Translations under genes and position numbers: made by a program
Assembly (NCBI GenBank): GCA_052426225.1
Contig: JBNJNM010000021.1
Span: 1,984,001-2,048,000, forward strand
From: Zancudomyces culisetae HAW-14-8
Taxonomy: Eukaryota; Fungi; Kickxellomycota
Direction of reading: 5' to 3'
DNA length: 64,000 bases
The notes under the pieces: generated by a model
Database searches by the model: none
Told to the model about the DNA's origin: nothing
What the model saw: the letters and a program-made list of their open reading frames with translations, nothing else
In this document: piece after piece, positions 37,515 through 50,842 of the stretch
Layout of the letters: every line of letters starts with the position of its first letter
Position numbering within the stretch: the stretch's first letter is position 1

Positions 37515-38794
37515 TCAGGATGACAAAGCACTGGCATAAGAAGGACGTGGCTTGCCGCGAGTCTTGTACCCACCAGAGCTAGAATCCTGACCTCGAGGTC
37601 CAGAGCCTCTGTGATATCTTCCGCGAGGATAGCGTGATGAATCAAAACGAACTGAAGACTGGCCAAAAGTTTCGTAATTTTGGCGACGTTCTTCATTAAT
37701 TCGTTCGCGGCGAGGATGAGGTGGCTGCGTTTGAGTATGCGACCGCTCCTTTGTTTCGCACGAAATGTCATCGAAAAACGACTTTTTCCTATCATAATAC
37801 TCCTCCGGCTTCTTCAACAAGTCCTTCAAGTCCTCGCTTTCTTTGACTTCGACTTCTTCATCTTCAACCGTTAGCTTTGAAAGCTCTTTCAACAACTCGC
37901 CCTTGTCGAATTTCGAATTGCTGCTCTCAAAGTCGAAATCCGATCTCGGAACTGCAACTCTGCTGCCGTGGTATCCTCCTCTGCCTCTTCCGCGGAAGTC
38001 TCCCCTGCCTCTTCCCCTACCTCTTCCTCTCCCTCTGCCTCCTTCTGCCCGTTGGTACTCTCTCCCCTCTGGCCTTTTGTGTTGCTCTCCCTCTGTCTCC
38101 TCTTTTGTCTCTGCCTCTCCTTCTTTTTTCTCCTCCTTTTCCTCTTCCTTTTTCTCTTCTTGCTCCTTTTTATCGTCTTCCTTTTCCTCTTCTTTCTCGT
38201 TGCTGTCCTCAGCTACTGCTTCTTTCTTTGGTACACTTTCTGTCTTTCCTTGGATCTTTTCTGTCTCTGACTATTATTGTTTTAGTTCACTTTTTAGTAT
38301 TCATTTTTCTTATTCAGCTCTCTTCACCTCCCTACCTCCTACGCCTTACACTCTACTTTCTACTCTATACTCCCATCTCCGTTATTTCATACTTACCCCC
38401 AATATTGCTGGATCTTCTGGAAGTGTTGGTAAATGTGGCGGTGGAATATCGTTTTCAAACTGCACACTAATCACATCAGTCGCCTTAAACTTTACAAACT
38501 CATACACCTGGTCGTACGGCTTGACTTCTTCTTTGGGATTCCCTTTACGCCCCTCGGTTCCCATCGATTTTACTATTTCATCATTTTTCACAATATTTTG
38601 GTTTTTGTCTGCTAACACCCACCTCCCGTACCTTTTGTTTGCTACACTCATATTTAACAATCTATGCTCATCTTACCTTGTACAAGCGAGATGGATTGTT
38701 CCGCCTCATTCACATCCTTGAGAATCCCAACATACCGAAATCCGCTCTTTGAGATTAGGCTTATTCGATTACCAAATTGCGATCCCCCACTCAT
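37515..38794 (-). CDS. SCD6: Scd6/Lsm14 (P-body mRNA decapping activator); exons 38794-38677, 38572-38397, 38270-37515
   Basis: Lsm domain (ISLISKSGFRYVGIL, SMGTEGR), RGG, FDF (DFDFESSNSKFDK), FFD (SFFDDISCE) and TFG (NYETFG) boxes; frame-consistent splicing. Confidence 0.92.
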
Positions 38795-40835
38795 TTGACT
38801 TGGTCTTCTTTTGTGTGTTCTACCCTTATCTCTTGTTTTAGATTTTGGAGCCTAAAGAAAAGTGTACAATCTAAAGGTATTTTGTTCTATAATCTATAAA
38901 ATAAATTGGATTCTGTAGAAACCCTGTGGTCCTTATTCTGTATCTACTTTTACTTTATAAATTCAAAACAAAAATATCAACAAAAAAAAATGGAGCAGGC
39001 TCAGTAATATTTTGGTACGCAAGCAATTGACTAATACAAAACACCGACTTTTCTTTTTTTTTCCCAAAGTCAAAGTGAGTTGTGTGCTCATTTGCAAATT
39101 TTTTTTAATGACTTTCTCTTTCATAAATCCCAACGCGCCCCTTCATTTTATTTGTCGTTTTTTCCCTCTTTACTTTTGTCCCTGTCCCCGTCCACACACT
39201 ATGAATATTTGCTATTTTTTGTCCGCTTTTATCATTTTATTTTATTTTTGGTTCTGCAAGCATTCTTTACATTCCACAAAAAGCTTGAAAAATTTTTTTT
39301 CCATTCATTCTAAACTTGCACCTACTCTCCTCTCCTCTCACTCCCTCCCCACAGTATTTCAGACCTATTTTTTTCTCTTGCCCAATTATTCTTGCAGAAT
39401 TCGTAAATCACCGACTTGCACCTATTTTCTGCGTCATTGGCGACACTTGCACCTTGCTATTCCTGCCACGCATATTTTGGACAAGATCAAAAAATATATA
39501 ATAAATAATAAAAACTCGAGAAAATGCCAACATTAAAAGACCAACCTGTCCATTTGAGATATACACCACAAAACTAGGTGGAAACGGATTTCTGCATCTC
39601 TCATTTCGGCAAACAAGGCTATTCGTTGTACACCAGTCTAATTTGAACTCTTCATAATTGGCTCGAGTCTAAGCATATCAATGAGCTTGTATGGATCATA
39701 CATATTTCTTGTAGAATATACTGAACTGCATCATGGTCGTTTTCATCAAATTTTATTTTATACTACATTTTTTCCAATACTAGGGAAAATAGTATATTGC
39801 TTTCTAATTCACTCATCATAAATCCCATGGTAAAATAGCACCATTGGAACAGGTGTAAATCGTTTATAAAAAGGATATATATACTCCGCTGATCACGATA
39901 TCAACAAACGCCTTACTAAGTAACCAACCAACTAGCCACACATGTCTTCCATTTTATGATAATCAAGCTAAACATTTCAGCCAAACTATTTGTAAAGTAA
40001 ACACGTTTTCAAGTGAGTATATGACCTGAGCCACTACAATGCTTTTCGACCATTTCTGGAAATATCTTTAATAACTTGTATTTACCAAGTACGGTTTCTT
40101 TTTATAGTGCTGGCTCACCTTCTCCAAAGTCATCTTTACAATTACCGCCTACTGGTCTTTGCTCATGCCTCACTTTGTAAACAGAAAGCTGTGACCATCC
40201 CGCTTTTTCATTCACCATTAAAAGCCCTTCAGAAAAAGCATCTATAGAAAAAAAATAATGTGAACCAGCAGCCAAAACTGAATTTTTCACAAATGATTTC
40301 TCGACCAACCATTTATTTTTATTATTTGCTGTTCTCAATTGTACAAGAAATAATCCTTTATTTTTAGCTTTATTCCAATGAAATCACTACATTTCACATA
40401 TTGATGGAGTTTTTCTTGTTTATTTATTTGTTTGCCCCAATTTATACTTATTTTACCATTGATAAATTAATTACTGGCAAAATCCTGAGAGCGAACATCC
40501 AAAAAAAAATTTAAAATGAGAGAAAAGTTTAGCTATCATTCTGCCTTTTGTATGTTTTTTGGAAACGAAATAATATTTGATTGTATATTACCGACTTTTA
40601 GAATCACAGGCAATAGCAACAGAAACTAGTATTTCACAGCATTTATCAACCCTAACACTATTCTCGATAATCTCTGAACGAAAAAACATTACCAGCGACG
40701 ATTGATAAATCACTATTTGGGACACTACCTTTTCAATACCTCTGAAAAATATCGATTCTATATTACAAGCTATTACCAAACGAAAAATCATTTACTTTAC
40801 CCTCCCACCCCTTTCCTCTGAGAAGCGAATAAACA

Positions 40836-42119
40836 ATGGCTAAACCAAAGACTAAAAAGAGCAGGAGGCCAGCTAGTAAGTTTTAGCAATAATATTTTCA
40901 TATTTTGAATCCTACCGACCAAATCATCCCTATACAATAACTCGAATTGTTTCACCATTCCAACTAAGGAAAGTAGAGAATGTTTCGTTAAATTAAATTC
41001 CACGCTTACCAAATAGACACGGCATTTAAACAGCAGAGATTAAGGGCATGGCAGCCGCTGTTAACGCCCCGCTCAGTTATCCCAATGTTTTTTGCGTTCG
41101 CCATGATCTTTGGCCCAATTGGCGGAATTCTCTACTATTTCTCCTCTAGAGTTTTTGAAATGACATTTAACTATACAAACTGCAAATCAACCGGCATCGA
41201 CTATAGTCCATTCAAATTGGAAGACTATCAAATCAAAGTTAAGGGTGCATCGCCACAGGCATCCTCTGTCCCACAAATGAAATACAATCCCGAAACGAAT
41301 TTGTGTACAATTCAGTTTCAGCTCCCCACTGCTCTGAAACCCCCGATCCTGATGTATTATAAACTCAACAATTTTTATCAAAACAACCGCATGTACGCCA
41401 AAAGTTATAACACGGACCAACTCAAAGGAGAGGCATTAACCATTTCCCAACTTGCTGATGGTGACTGTGAGCCTCTCGCCTCTAGAACAATTAACAATCA
41501 AACAAAGCCAATCTACCCCTGCGGATTGATTGCAAACTCGCTTTTTAACGATACGTTTTCCAGTCCGATTCTGACCAATCCCAAAGGACAAGATTCTTCG
41601 GCAGAATATAAAATGTCCTCAACAGGGATCACTTGGAGTTATGACAAGGATAGATATGGCAAAACATCTTACAAAAACACCGATGTATTCCCACCACCGT
41701 TCTGGGATGCCAGATACCCCAACGGATATAATAGCACAAATTCCATTCCAGACCTAAGCCAGGACGAAAACTTTATGGTGTGGATGCGTCCTGCAGCCTT
41801 TCCTTCGTTCCTGAAGCTCTACTCGCGAAACGACGTTGATACAATGGAGACTGGTGTCTATCAAATAAATATCGAAATGAATTTCGATACCATTCCCATC
41901 AAGGCTGAAAAATTCCTTGTTTTATCCTCTAGTAATTTCCTTGGCGGTAGAAATCCGAACCTTGGTATTACCTATTTTGCGTTTTCTGGCATATGTATTT
42001 TGCTGGGTATTTTGTTTATTGTTAGGCACCTTTACCGGCCAAGAAGACTTGGCGATCACTCGTACTTGTCGTGGAATCAGCAAATCCAGTCTGGCCTTGT
42101 CAACAACATTGTTTCTTGA
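40836..42119 (+). CDS. CDC50: Cdc50/Lem3 family P4-ATPase flippase subunit; exons 40836-40875 and 41017-42119
   Basis: RRPANTAFKQQRLRAWQP, YYKLNNFYQNNRMY, YPCGLIANSLFNDTF, FMVWMRPAAFP, GGRNPNLG, PRRLGDHSYLSWN. Confidence 0.95.
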
Positions 42120-42907
42120 GCATTTATTTAGATTTTACTTAATTTAGTTTAGTTTTGTTTCGTTCTACTTTATTTTATTTTGCAATAATTTTGTAGTATC
42201 TTCAAGATATTATGCTTTGTATGTCTATATCACTTTAATCAATAGTCCTATTACATGTTCACGGCTTGCAACACTAGCACTGTTGAGTTTTTGAAGAAGA
42301 TTTTTGCCCTCTACCTCTCTCAATGATAACTACAATACTCTGATGCTAATTTTGGGTAAAACAGTAACCAGTTTAGTTTTTTTATTTTTCCTGGAACTAG
42401 TGCTTAGTAATTTACATGTGTGTGCTTATGAATAAAACTCCGCAGCACTGCTACTAATTCTATATACGCTACATTTTATTTTTTTATTTTCTGAAATTGT
42501 GTGTTTACTAAATTGGTGTTTTGGTTTGAGATGTGATAGCTGCGGAATTCATCAATAATGTTTCTCTATCTTCATCTCTATAATTAGTGCATTTGGGTTT
42601 TCCAGTAAGTAAAGCGGGAGAAGTACATCCATGCATCACTTGGTACTGTCGGCTCTATTACTTAATCCATGCAATTTTTTATACACATTAAGCAACGAGA
42701 CATACTGCCCTGTATGGTATATTTTCTTTATGTTTCTTTGCTGCGCTGCTTTATGGTTGATAAAATGCAATAGTTTTGGTGCAATAAACATGTAGGTGCA
42801 AAGATATTTATAGGCGAGTAAACGAGTTTGATAAATATCACAACATTTCAGAATAATAACAGGTGGTTATACAAACATTATATCCAATACTCAACAACTT
42901 TATCAAA

Positions 42908-44944
42908 ATGGACCCACAATATCAATATGGTACAATCAATGACATACTTGAACGAATTCCAATTGATTGTCTATCTGCTATATACATGTTAGCAGAAAAC
43001 CAAAATGTTAAAATGGTATCAAAAGCTTTTTATTGTGCCTCAAAACCCTGTTTTGATGTCTCATCTTATATTCTCAACAAATTCACTGGTAGTGATGTTA
43101 TTTGTGATATTATGCGCTCACGGCTGCCATTTTATACCAATATGCTGCGAGATCAAAACGTGTGTATTTCCTTGATAGCAAAAAGTAAAAAAAACAACTA
43201 TAACACAATATTTGATCTAAGTTTAAAATACAGTTTTGAACAAGTTATGGAAGGATTAATTGGAATGTGTGTGGTTGAATGCACTACCAATGGACAAAAA
43301 GAAAGAGCCTACTACTGCAAATTTGCCGACAAAGTTGTAAATATTGGCTCTTTTGGATGGAGTAACCATGCTTACCAAACAATAGAATTGGAAGGGCGCA
43401 CAATAGAGCTGAAAAGACCTCAGGGAAACTATGAATACCAATTGCGTGATCAGATATCTAGGTGGCGCATACATAATAACCAACATGTAAAAGACTATAG
43501 TGAGATCTATAGCTTGAACTGTTTGCTGCTAAAACTAAAAGATAAAAAGGTATCTGTTGCTCTGGATAGTGGGTTTGTGTTTGAATCAAAGTTGATGAAC
43601 CTGAGTGTATATATATACCTAATAGAGGTTATTATATCATTTGCTGCACTAAAAGGTCATATAGACATTATACACATGACTATTGAGAGTGGCATCAATA
43701 TTTCGCAAGCTTATTTAGATGAATACAGACATACCACGCGTGTTCATTCTAAACTCAGAGACTATCTGACAAAAATTCTGAATGGTACGCTACATATCGA
43801 TATTTTCAAATCTACACAGCCGAAAAAAAAAACTCTCAGAAAGGGTACCACCATTCAGAAGTCAGTTCAAACCTCATCCGCATCCACCCTGCCCTCTACA
43901 GTACCTCTAAAAAATTTTACCATCCTATTCACCATAGGATGCCTAGGTTTCAAGCAAAAAAAAGTATTCAACTACATACTCAAACGAGATCTCCATGAGG
44001 TTGAAGCTGCGTTTCTATTATTCCACACTATTTCACTAGGAACTTGGGGCCATGTAAATGAAGTAATAACCCGGAAAAACATTGACATTACCAAAATAAA
44101 TGATTTAACAATCGATATCTGTGCTCGATCTATCAGTTGTAAAAGAACAGGAATAATCAACATTGTTCAAACACTCATTAATCATGGTTTAAGTTTAGAA
44201 AAGTATGGGTATAGGCTTTTGGTTTCAGCTGTATCAAGGAATGCGTATGCTCTTATCGATTATTTGACGAGAAATAATATAGATAGTAGCTATTTTCTAG
44301 GAAGACCCAAATCCAGGTGCCTACCAAAAATAAAGCCTGAATGCGTACCCAAAATCAATATTAAGCTGCTCGAAGAAAACGGACTCGATACTTCAGTATT
44401 TTTTAATCATACAAATACAAGAATGCTTTTGTATCTGCTCGATCTCGGTGTAAACCCCGCCGCCAAGAACTATAATTTAATAAGATATTTTATATGGAGA
44501 GGCAGTTATAAAGTGTTGTCCCATATTTTTAACTACAAAATCCAAGTAAAGAAAATCCCCCCATCCGTTAACATACTTGGAATGTCTGAGAGTTGTTGCA
44601 AAAACAAAAGCAAAATGATAATGTTTCTGATAAATTTGGGAATCGATCCGTCTTCTTGTAACAACTGGGCTTTGAAGTATGCCTGTAAGGAAGGGGATTA
44701 TGAGTTGGCTAGGTTTTTGGTTTCAAAGGGCGTAAAAATCAAAAAAACCCAGAATAATGGTATTCAGGATCTGTGCGAAAATAGTGTTTGGAACGGTAAA
44801 ATTTTTCGATTTTTGGTAAAAAATGGGGCTAGTGAGGACTCGCACAAGAAACTTGCTCTAAAAAGGATTAGTGAAGAAAACGACACTGATTCTATAAAGT
44901 TTGTTGAAAACATAAAAAAGAAAAGGGCCAAAACGTGTAAATAG
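42908..44944 (+). CDS. F-box-like N-terminal motif plus ankyrin-repeat protein, intronless
   Basis: ATG at 42908; LERIPIDCLSAIYMLAENQNVKMVSKAFY; ankyrin repeats (FAALKGHIDII, NNWALKYACKEGDYELARFLVSKG). Confidence 0.85.
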   Translation: MDPQYQYGTINDILERIPIDCLSAIYMLAENQNVKMVSKAFYCASKPCFDVSSYILNKFTGSDVICDIMRSRLPFYTNMLRDQNVCISLIAKSKKNNYNTIFDLSLKYSFEQVMEGLIGMCVVECTTNGQKERAYYCKFADKVVNIGSFGWSNHAYQTIELEGRTIELKRPQGNYEYQLRDQISRWRIHNNQHVKDYSEIYSLNCLLLKLKDKKVSVALDSGFVFESKLMNLSVYIYLIEVIISFAALKGHIDIIHMTIESGINISQAYLDEYRHTTRVHSKLRDYLTKILNGTLHIDIFKSTQPKKKTLRKGTTIQKSVQTSSASTLPSTVPLKNFTILFTIGCLGFKQKKVFNYILKRDLHEVEAAFLLFHTISLGTWGHVNEVITRKNIDITKINDLTIDICARSISCKRTGIINIVQTLINHGLSLEKYGYRLLVSAVSRNAYALIDYLTRNNIDSSYFLGRPKSRCLPKIKPECVPKINIKLLEENGLDTSVFFNHTNTRMLLYLLDLGVNPAAKNYNLIRYFIWRGSYKVLSHIFNYKIQVKKIPPSVNILGMSESCCKNKSKMIMFLINLGIDPSSCNNWALKYACKEGDYELARFLVSKGVKIKKTQNNGIQDLCENSVWNGKIFRFLVKNGASEDSHKKLALKRISEENDTDSIKFVENIKKKRAKTCK

Positions 44945-47900
44945 TCACAAAAAAAACTTGGTTTACGTCGATGGTTGAGTGGCCAGTAATGTATGCTATG
45001 CTGCATTGTGGCAAAACGTGAATATGTTTTCGTTTCTAGGCAAATCTACTGTTTGAAGATTGCAAGGTGTCACAATGGTACTGTATTAACATTAATCTGT
45101 ATTTCAAAGTTAGTGTTGTTTAGTAAAGGGCATAGAGATACTAACAAAAAATATATGAAAAGAAAATAATCTCAGATTGCCTGTTTTAGTTTTTTTCAGC
45201 ATTGTTTGTTTGAAACCATAGCCGCATAATAGATTACAAACAAAGTCTAGGGAAAAGATACAAAATTTACAGAGATGGACGGAACGACGAATTTTTTGAA
45301 ATCAATTTTTTATTCAAGATGGTTTGATGTTCTTGGCAAAATCGTTCTAAATCAGCTAACCTTTTTTTTCTATATTTCCACCTGACCAATAATATACAAA
45401 TATCAAAAAAAATACATGAAAAAAAAACAGAACAGAAAATAAACAGAAATAACAAAAAAAAAAAGGCAAGAAATCACACTTATGTTGATTATCGCTAAAA
45501 CAAATACCATCATGAGTTTTCTGCTCAATGCTGATTTTTTGCTTGAGTACTAGTATATTTCCAATTTTTGTTTCTGGTACTTGAGGCAAGATAATATTCC
45601 CAGAAGTGTTTGGGGTAGTGAGTCGGCATCACCACTTACCCATCCACTCCATAGGATAACCCATTGTGCAACTTTGCGGCCGAATGTGTGGATAATGACT
45701 AACGCTGTATTCCTATAAAATAGGAATTTGATACCTGTTATGGCCCACAGACTTTTTCTTCGGCATAAAAAAGCAAGGTAGCCAAATAAACACCTTTATT
45801 CGGTCGAGGATGTTTCAGAAATATCGAAGGTCCTCGGATGTGCCATATATCCCCTCCATCTCCTTATTCGACTTCATCTTCGAAAATGAGTTCTGGATAG
45901 TCACGCTCACAAAAGACACTTCTCATATTTTTTTATACCTAACTTGGGGGTGTTGTCGCAACGGGTCAGATTATTATCCGCTCGTGGTGCAGAACAGGAT
46001 GGTGTGTTCTATAATCGAAGTTCAGGTCCGGTGTATCTGTATTATTTATTTCAACAGGTGTTTTTTGAGTGTTGGTTTGAATTAATAGCATTAGAGAAAA
46101 AAGGCAGTCAAGCAGTTCATGTTGATATTTGAAGTCGTCGTCTTTGTAGGTATTTATATATTTGGCGATTTCAATTTTCAAGCAAAGATGGTTCGGTTTG
46201 GCATAGACAAAATGACGCAAATGAAAGCTAACACAAATGACTAGTCGATCATTGGGCATTTACAAGTATTTATTACGAGAGGGAGCTTCGGGATGGATTT
46301 TTTATGCATTTTTTCCTTTTATTTCATTACGTTATTTTATTTTAGATTTATTTGATGAAGTCATTCAGGGAAGGGGGGAGGTGATGGATTTTGAGCAAAA
46401 ATGGAATTATTGAGAAAAGGTATCAGCTGCAACAAATAAACTCTGCTGAAAAAATAAAAATGATGCTACTTTGTTTTTTTGGAAGAATCGCCAAACCTTA
46501 TTTTTCATCAAAGTAATCGAGCTGGACCTTGAATTAAAAATGCTCCATATTGGTAATGATGCTAAGTAACTTGTAAATTGATTGTGGCATTTGTGAGTGG
46601 CAATATGAATTTGTGCTCATTTTTAGCGTTTGAGAGGTGCGATCCTCTTGGTTGTTGTTTTCTGTAAATTGTGAAGCAGTTCATTCTTAATTGACAATTA
46701 GTACATATTACTTTGGCATGTTTGTTATCATGGTATCTTGTGAACAATTGTAACAAAAGAGTGGCATTCAATTTACCTAACTTGGATATTGATATCCGCA
46801 GTACTCGTGATAGACAGGACAGCCTAGATTGTTTTAGTTTGTATTAAAAGCAAGATAGGGGTATCCAAAGAGAAACCTGCATCTTGAATTTTTTTCAGTT
46901 ACAGTTTACCCAACAATAATAATGGATATAGTTTGCATCTGGACTTACCAAAAGAAATTTAAATATCTACACAAATGTGAGAAAAGTGGAAAAGTGGCAC
47001 AATGCAGTAAGCTAGAGTAACTTGAATTCACAAAAATATTATTCTATCTAAAGACAAAACAATAAAATACACATTTGCTGCGTATCTTTTTCAAATGTGA
47101 TCGTTGGTTAGGTATTCAAAAATAGACGTGATGAAAAGTAATATTTCCCATTCCTATTATCAAATTTCTGATAATAAAATGTTGCGCGATTCTGTTTGAA
47201 AGCATTATCACCAATTATATCCGCAATATTCGCAAACTTTACTGGCATAGAAAAAAGGTTCTCAAAACTACAAAAGCCTTCAAACAGTCACAATGTAGTG
47301 TGGTTGGGGCTGGTAGCAGTCACTATGATAACTGTTTTTCTTATCTTGCTGTTGTGTGAACCACTTGTTCGTTGGGTGTGTGTATGTTGGTTTCAGATAA
47401 GAAAAAAAAAACACACGGTAGAACAACCCTGCGACAGATCCAAGCATCATGAAATTAATCACAATTTCATGATCATCAAGAAGGCAAAGCTTGCATTCAA
47501 ACTCAACACGATAGTTGTCATTTTTTCTATTCAGAACAAGGAGGTGCAATGACCTTCTGGCTTTTATTATAAATAATATTTTATTTTTGCAAAGGAAATG
47601 AGATGAACAAAGCGAGCCATGTGAATTCTAAACAGAGTAACAAAGATGCAGTTGATTGATAATTTTAAAAGATCATTAGATGGTGAGGCTTGGAATTGTT
47701 TCGCACATCTTACAATCTATCCAAATATAAAAGTGAACCAAGTAAACATAACATGATTACAACTGTTCACTGATTTAGATATAATATCACATTATTTTTA
47801 CCATTTTAGTTACCGATTAAATTGATTTTCAGGTGGCATGATGTTTTTAGTAATTATCTTTAGCGTTATGGGCTGATAATCTCGGACATGCTAAAGATGA

Positions 47901-49269
47901 TGTCATTGATTTATCCACAAAGCGCGAATAGAGATCAACCTTCATAATTGATAAATTATTTTACAACAAATGGCTCACAGATTAATACTGATGGTGCCAT
48001 ATTTATTCATCATCGCAGATCTACTCTATAGTGCATAGCACTTGAGAAATAATCAGTTTAGCTCCAATACAGTCAAATAAATGCAAGTGAAGCTGTCAAA
48101 AATAAGCAACATGTACCAGAAATGTATAGCTTTTACCTTATTACTCTACCTCGATCACATTGTAGTGCATATATGGTGCCTAAATAGGTAATGATAAAAT
48201 CGGCGGCGAATATATCTCCTGGAAAACTATATGAAAAAGATAATTGCGCTAAAAATAACAAAAATTGAACCCCAATAGGCTCACTTGGGCTAAATACTTG
48301 AATCTCCGTTCTTGGTATAAGCATATTCACAGAGAAACAGAATATATGAAAAAGATAATGTCACTGCTATTTCTGCTTCACCAAACTACAGAGTAGCTGG
48401 GTTGGAAATCCGGTTTCAAAGTCGTGTGACTGGTTTTAGTAGTCTTGATGGGTGTTTCACATAATGTAAATCCAAGCAGTAAAAAACGTGCATAAAACAT
48501 CCGGTTGTAATGGAAGAAAAGTTTTGTGACCACAGTTGGCTTCGGGAAGTAACAATGGTTTATGATATATGATGGTCGCAAATTGCACCAACAGAGAGAT
48601 ACATGTGCAAAACACCTTATCCATAAGTAGAATACAAATGATTTCAGATATTCACAAAGCACTCAAACCGCAGGAATATTTTATACATGGGGTTTAATTC
48701 AGTACTAAATTTAATTGTCTAAAAATAACACGGGGTTAGTTTGATGCAACACAAACAAGATCAGTGCAGAGCCTAAGACTGGCGTTTTACTAGTGCACTT
48801 TCAAATATATGTACAAAATTGTACAACCCCGTTTATTAAGGTGGTTTTTTATGCCGAGTGAGTTGGTTGGTTTGGTTTTAATTAGGCGTTTTTAATCACA
48901 ATTGAGTATTGATAGTAATGTTCAAATATGGCTATATTAGATTAAAGTGCTATCCTGTATTCTGTGATACAAAAAAAATAATTTAGAAAAGAATGTTTAA
49001 AAATAAGCACAAGTGCAAATACAGGTGTCAGGTCATAGATAAATCATTCTTTCACACCTTTTAGCAAAGTTGTTGTATTTTTTTTTAATATTCTAAAAAA
49101 AATGCGAAATGTGGGTCATTTACATGATAAAATAAATTATTTTAACAACACAATACATCAATAGTACTGGACAACATTATAGTAGACAAAGTATTCGTAA
49201 AAATCATACTAATTGCATAAAACAAGAGCGATTCCGAGCTAGAAACAACGAAATTTGGTGGGAAAAGAA

Positions 49270-50317
49270 ATGGAGAAAAACTATCTTTTTGGAAGGTCTT
49301 CGGCGGTGATGCTCCCAGCTACGTTCGAAAGGGATACGTAAGTAGTAACTTGACACGATTTTAGTTTATATTTTTAGGAAGAGGATGGTGTTGCATTTGT
49401 AATTGTTTTGTAAAACAAGATTTGCGAAAAATGCAAAAAAAAAATAGTAGTAGTTTAAGATTAAACAATTTTACGGGCGGACGACATGGAGGAGATTTAA
49501 GGATGCTAATAAGCAGTGTATGTATAATATAACATCAGGAAGTTAGTTTTTTTAAATTAAATTTTGAAATCGATGATGTAGGATGACGCAAACAGCACCG
49601 CATATTGAAACATTTATCGAGGACGAGGGCGATATCGTGGTGGAAATAGCGCAGTACAACAGCAATGAAGACGAAGAGGAGAATATAGCAAGGTAAACAC
49701 CAAGCCGGATACATTGTATTTATTGTACCATGTGTATTGTAAGTATGAATTAAAAAAGGCAGTCTAAAACGAATAGGGGCTACTTTGTGGATTTGGTAGA
49801 GCTTCGAGAAAACATAGAGGCGGATATAATAGAGGCAGGAAAAATACCCGACGAATTGGTGCCTAACTTGCCGTTTTCAGCGGGGGCATACTATATAATT
49901 GGGGATCTTTATAGCGAGGAGAAGAGCCTTGAACGCATACTTTCTGAGGCACAGGATGTCAAGAAAAACGACGAAAAGTCGCTGCGGACAAAAGTTTTGA
50001 TAGCGGCGTTTAGAATATTTGAGTATCACGTAGATATTGTGGTGACTGTACAGCAGCCAATCGAGTCGATACAGCATGACGGAACTGATAAGAGCAATAC
50101 ACAGGGGCAGTGGCATCAAGTATCACTGCTTGATGAAGAGCATGAGAATGAATCGGAAAAGGAAAAGGAAAAGGAAAAAGGGGATTTGGATTTGAATAGG
50201 GAAAATGGCGGTAAAGTTGGGAAGATCCGGAGGAATGATAAGGAGGTCAAGTTGATGAGACTCTTTAAGAGTATATTGGAGAGCTATGACATTATCAATT
50301 TTGGAAAGCGACTTTAG
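49270..50317 (+). CDS. Mog1/RANGRF-like Ran guanine nucleotide release factor; exons 49270-49337, 49582-49692, 49777-50317
   Basis: Spliced product MEKNYLFGRSSAVMLPATF..APHIETF..DIVVEIAQY..YFVDL..IAAFRIFEYHVDIVVTVQQP follows the Mog1 motif order; frame-consistent splicing. Confidence 0.72.
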
Positions 50318-50842
50318 ATTTGAGAGGTTTGTATATTCGGCAGAGGATGAAGACGATAAGGAGAAAAATGGGTGTACAAAAAGGCGGGTAAAACAGGAAT
50401 TCTGAATAAAGCTCCTACAAGGCATGTACATATGTTTCCATTATACTTTTACATTTAATTAGCCGTTACTTTTTTTTTTTACTCGGATAGTGTTCTTGTT
50501 AGTGGGAAATGAGGGGGGAGGGGGGAGAGGGGGGGAGAGTGGAAGATGATGTACTAAGCTTGATTTAAAGAATAAGTTTGGAATTTGTTTGGGATGATTT
50601 GTGTAACATTTGCGAGATAAATAAACAACACTACCGAATAAACTATTTAGAATAAAAAAGAATCAATAAATAAATAAAAAGGGAAATCAACTTGAACGTT
50701 ATAGAAAGAGGATTTCGGATATATTTAGTTATAACTGCGTGTACAAAATTGGAACTAATATAAAGGTAAAAGATTTCTGGAGTAGAAAAAGAAAAAAATA
50801 TATAAAGTCGGGAACACACAACCAAAAGTAGAATATTGAAAG

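Noticed and set aside
45600-46260. GC-richer patch with small hairpins and fragmentary ORFs
   Set aside because: No tRNA, snRNA or riboswitch signature and no consistent reading frame; at most an unidentifiable pseudogene
47196-47552. 118-aa ORF with a hydrophobic segment
   Set aside because: Non-ATG start, no homology cues and no supportable exon structure
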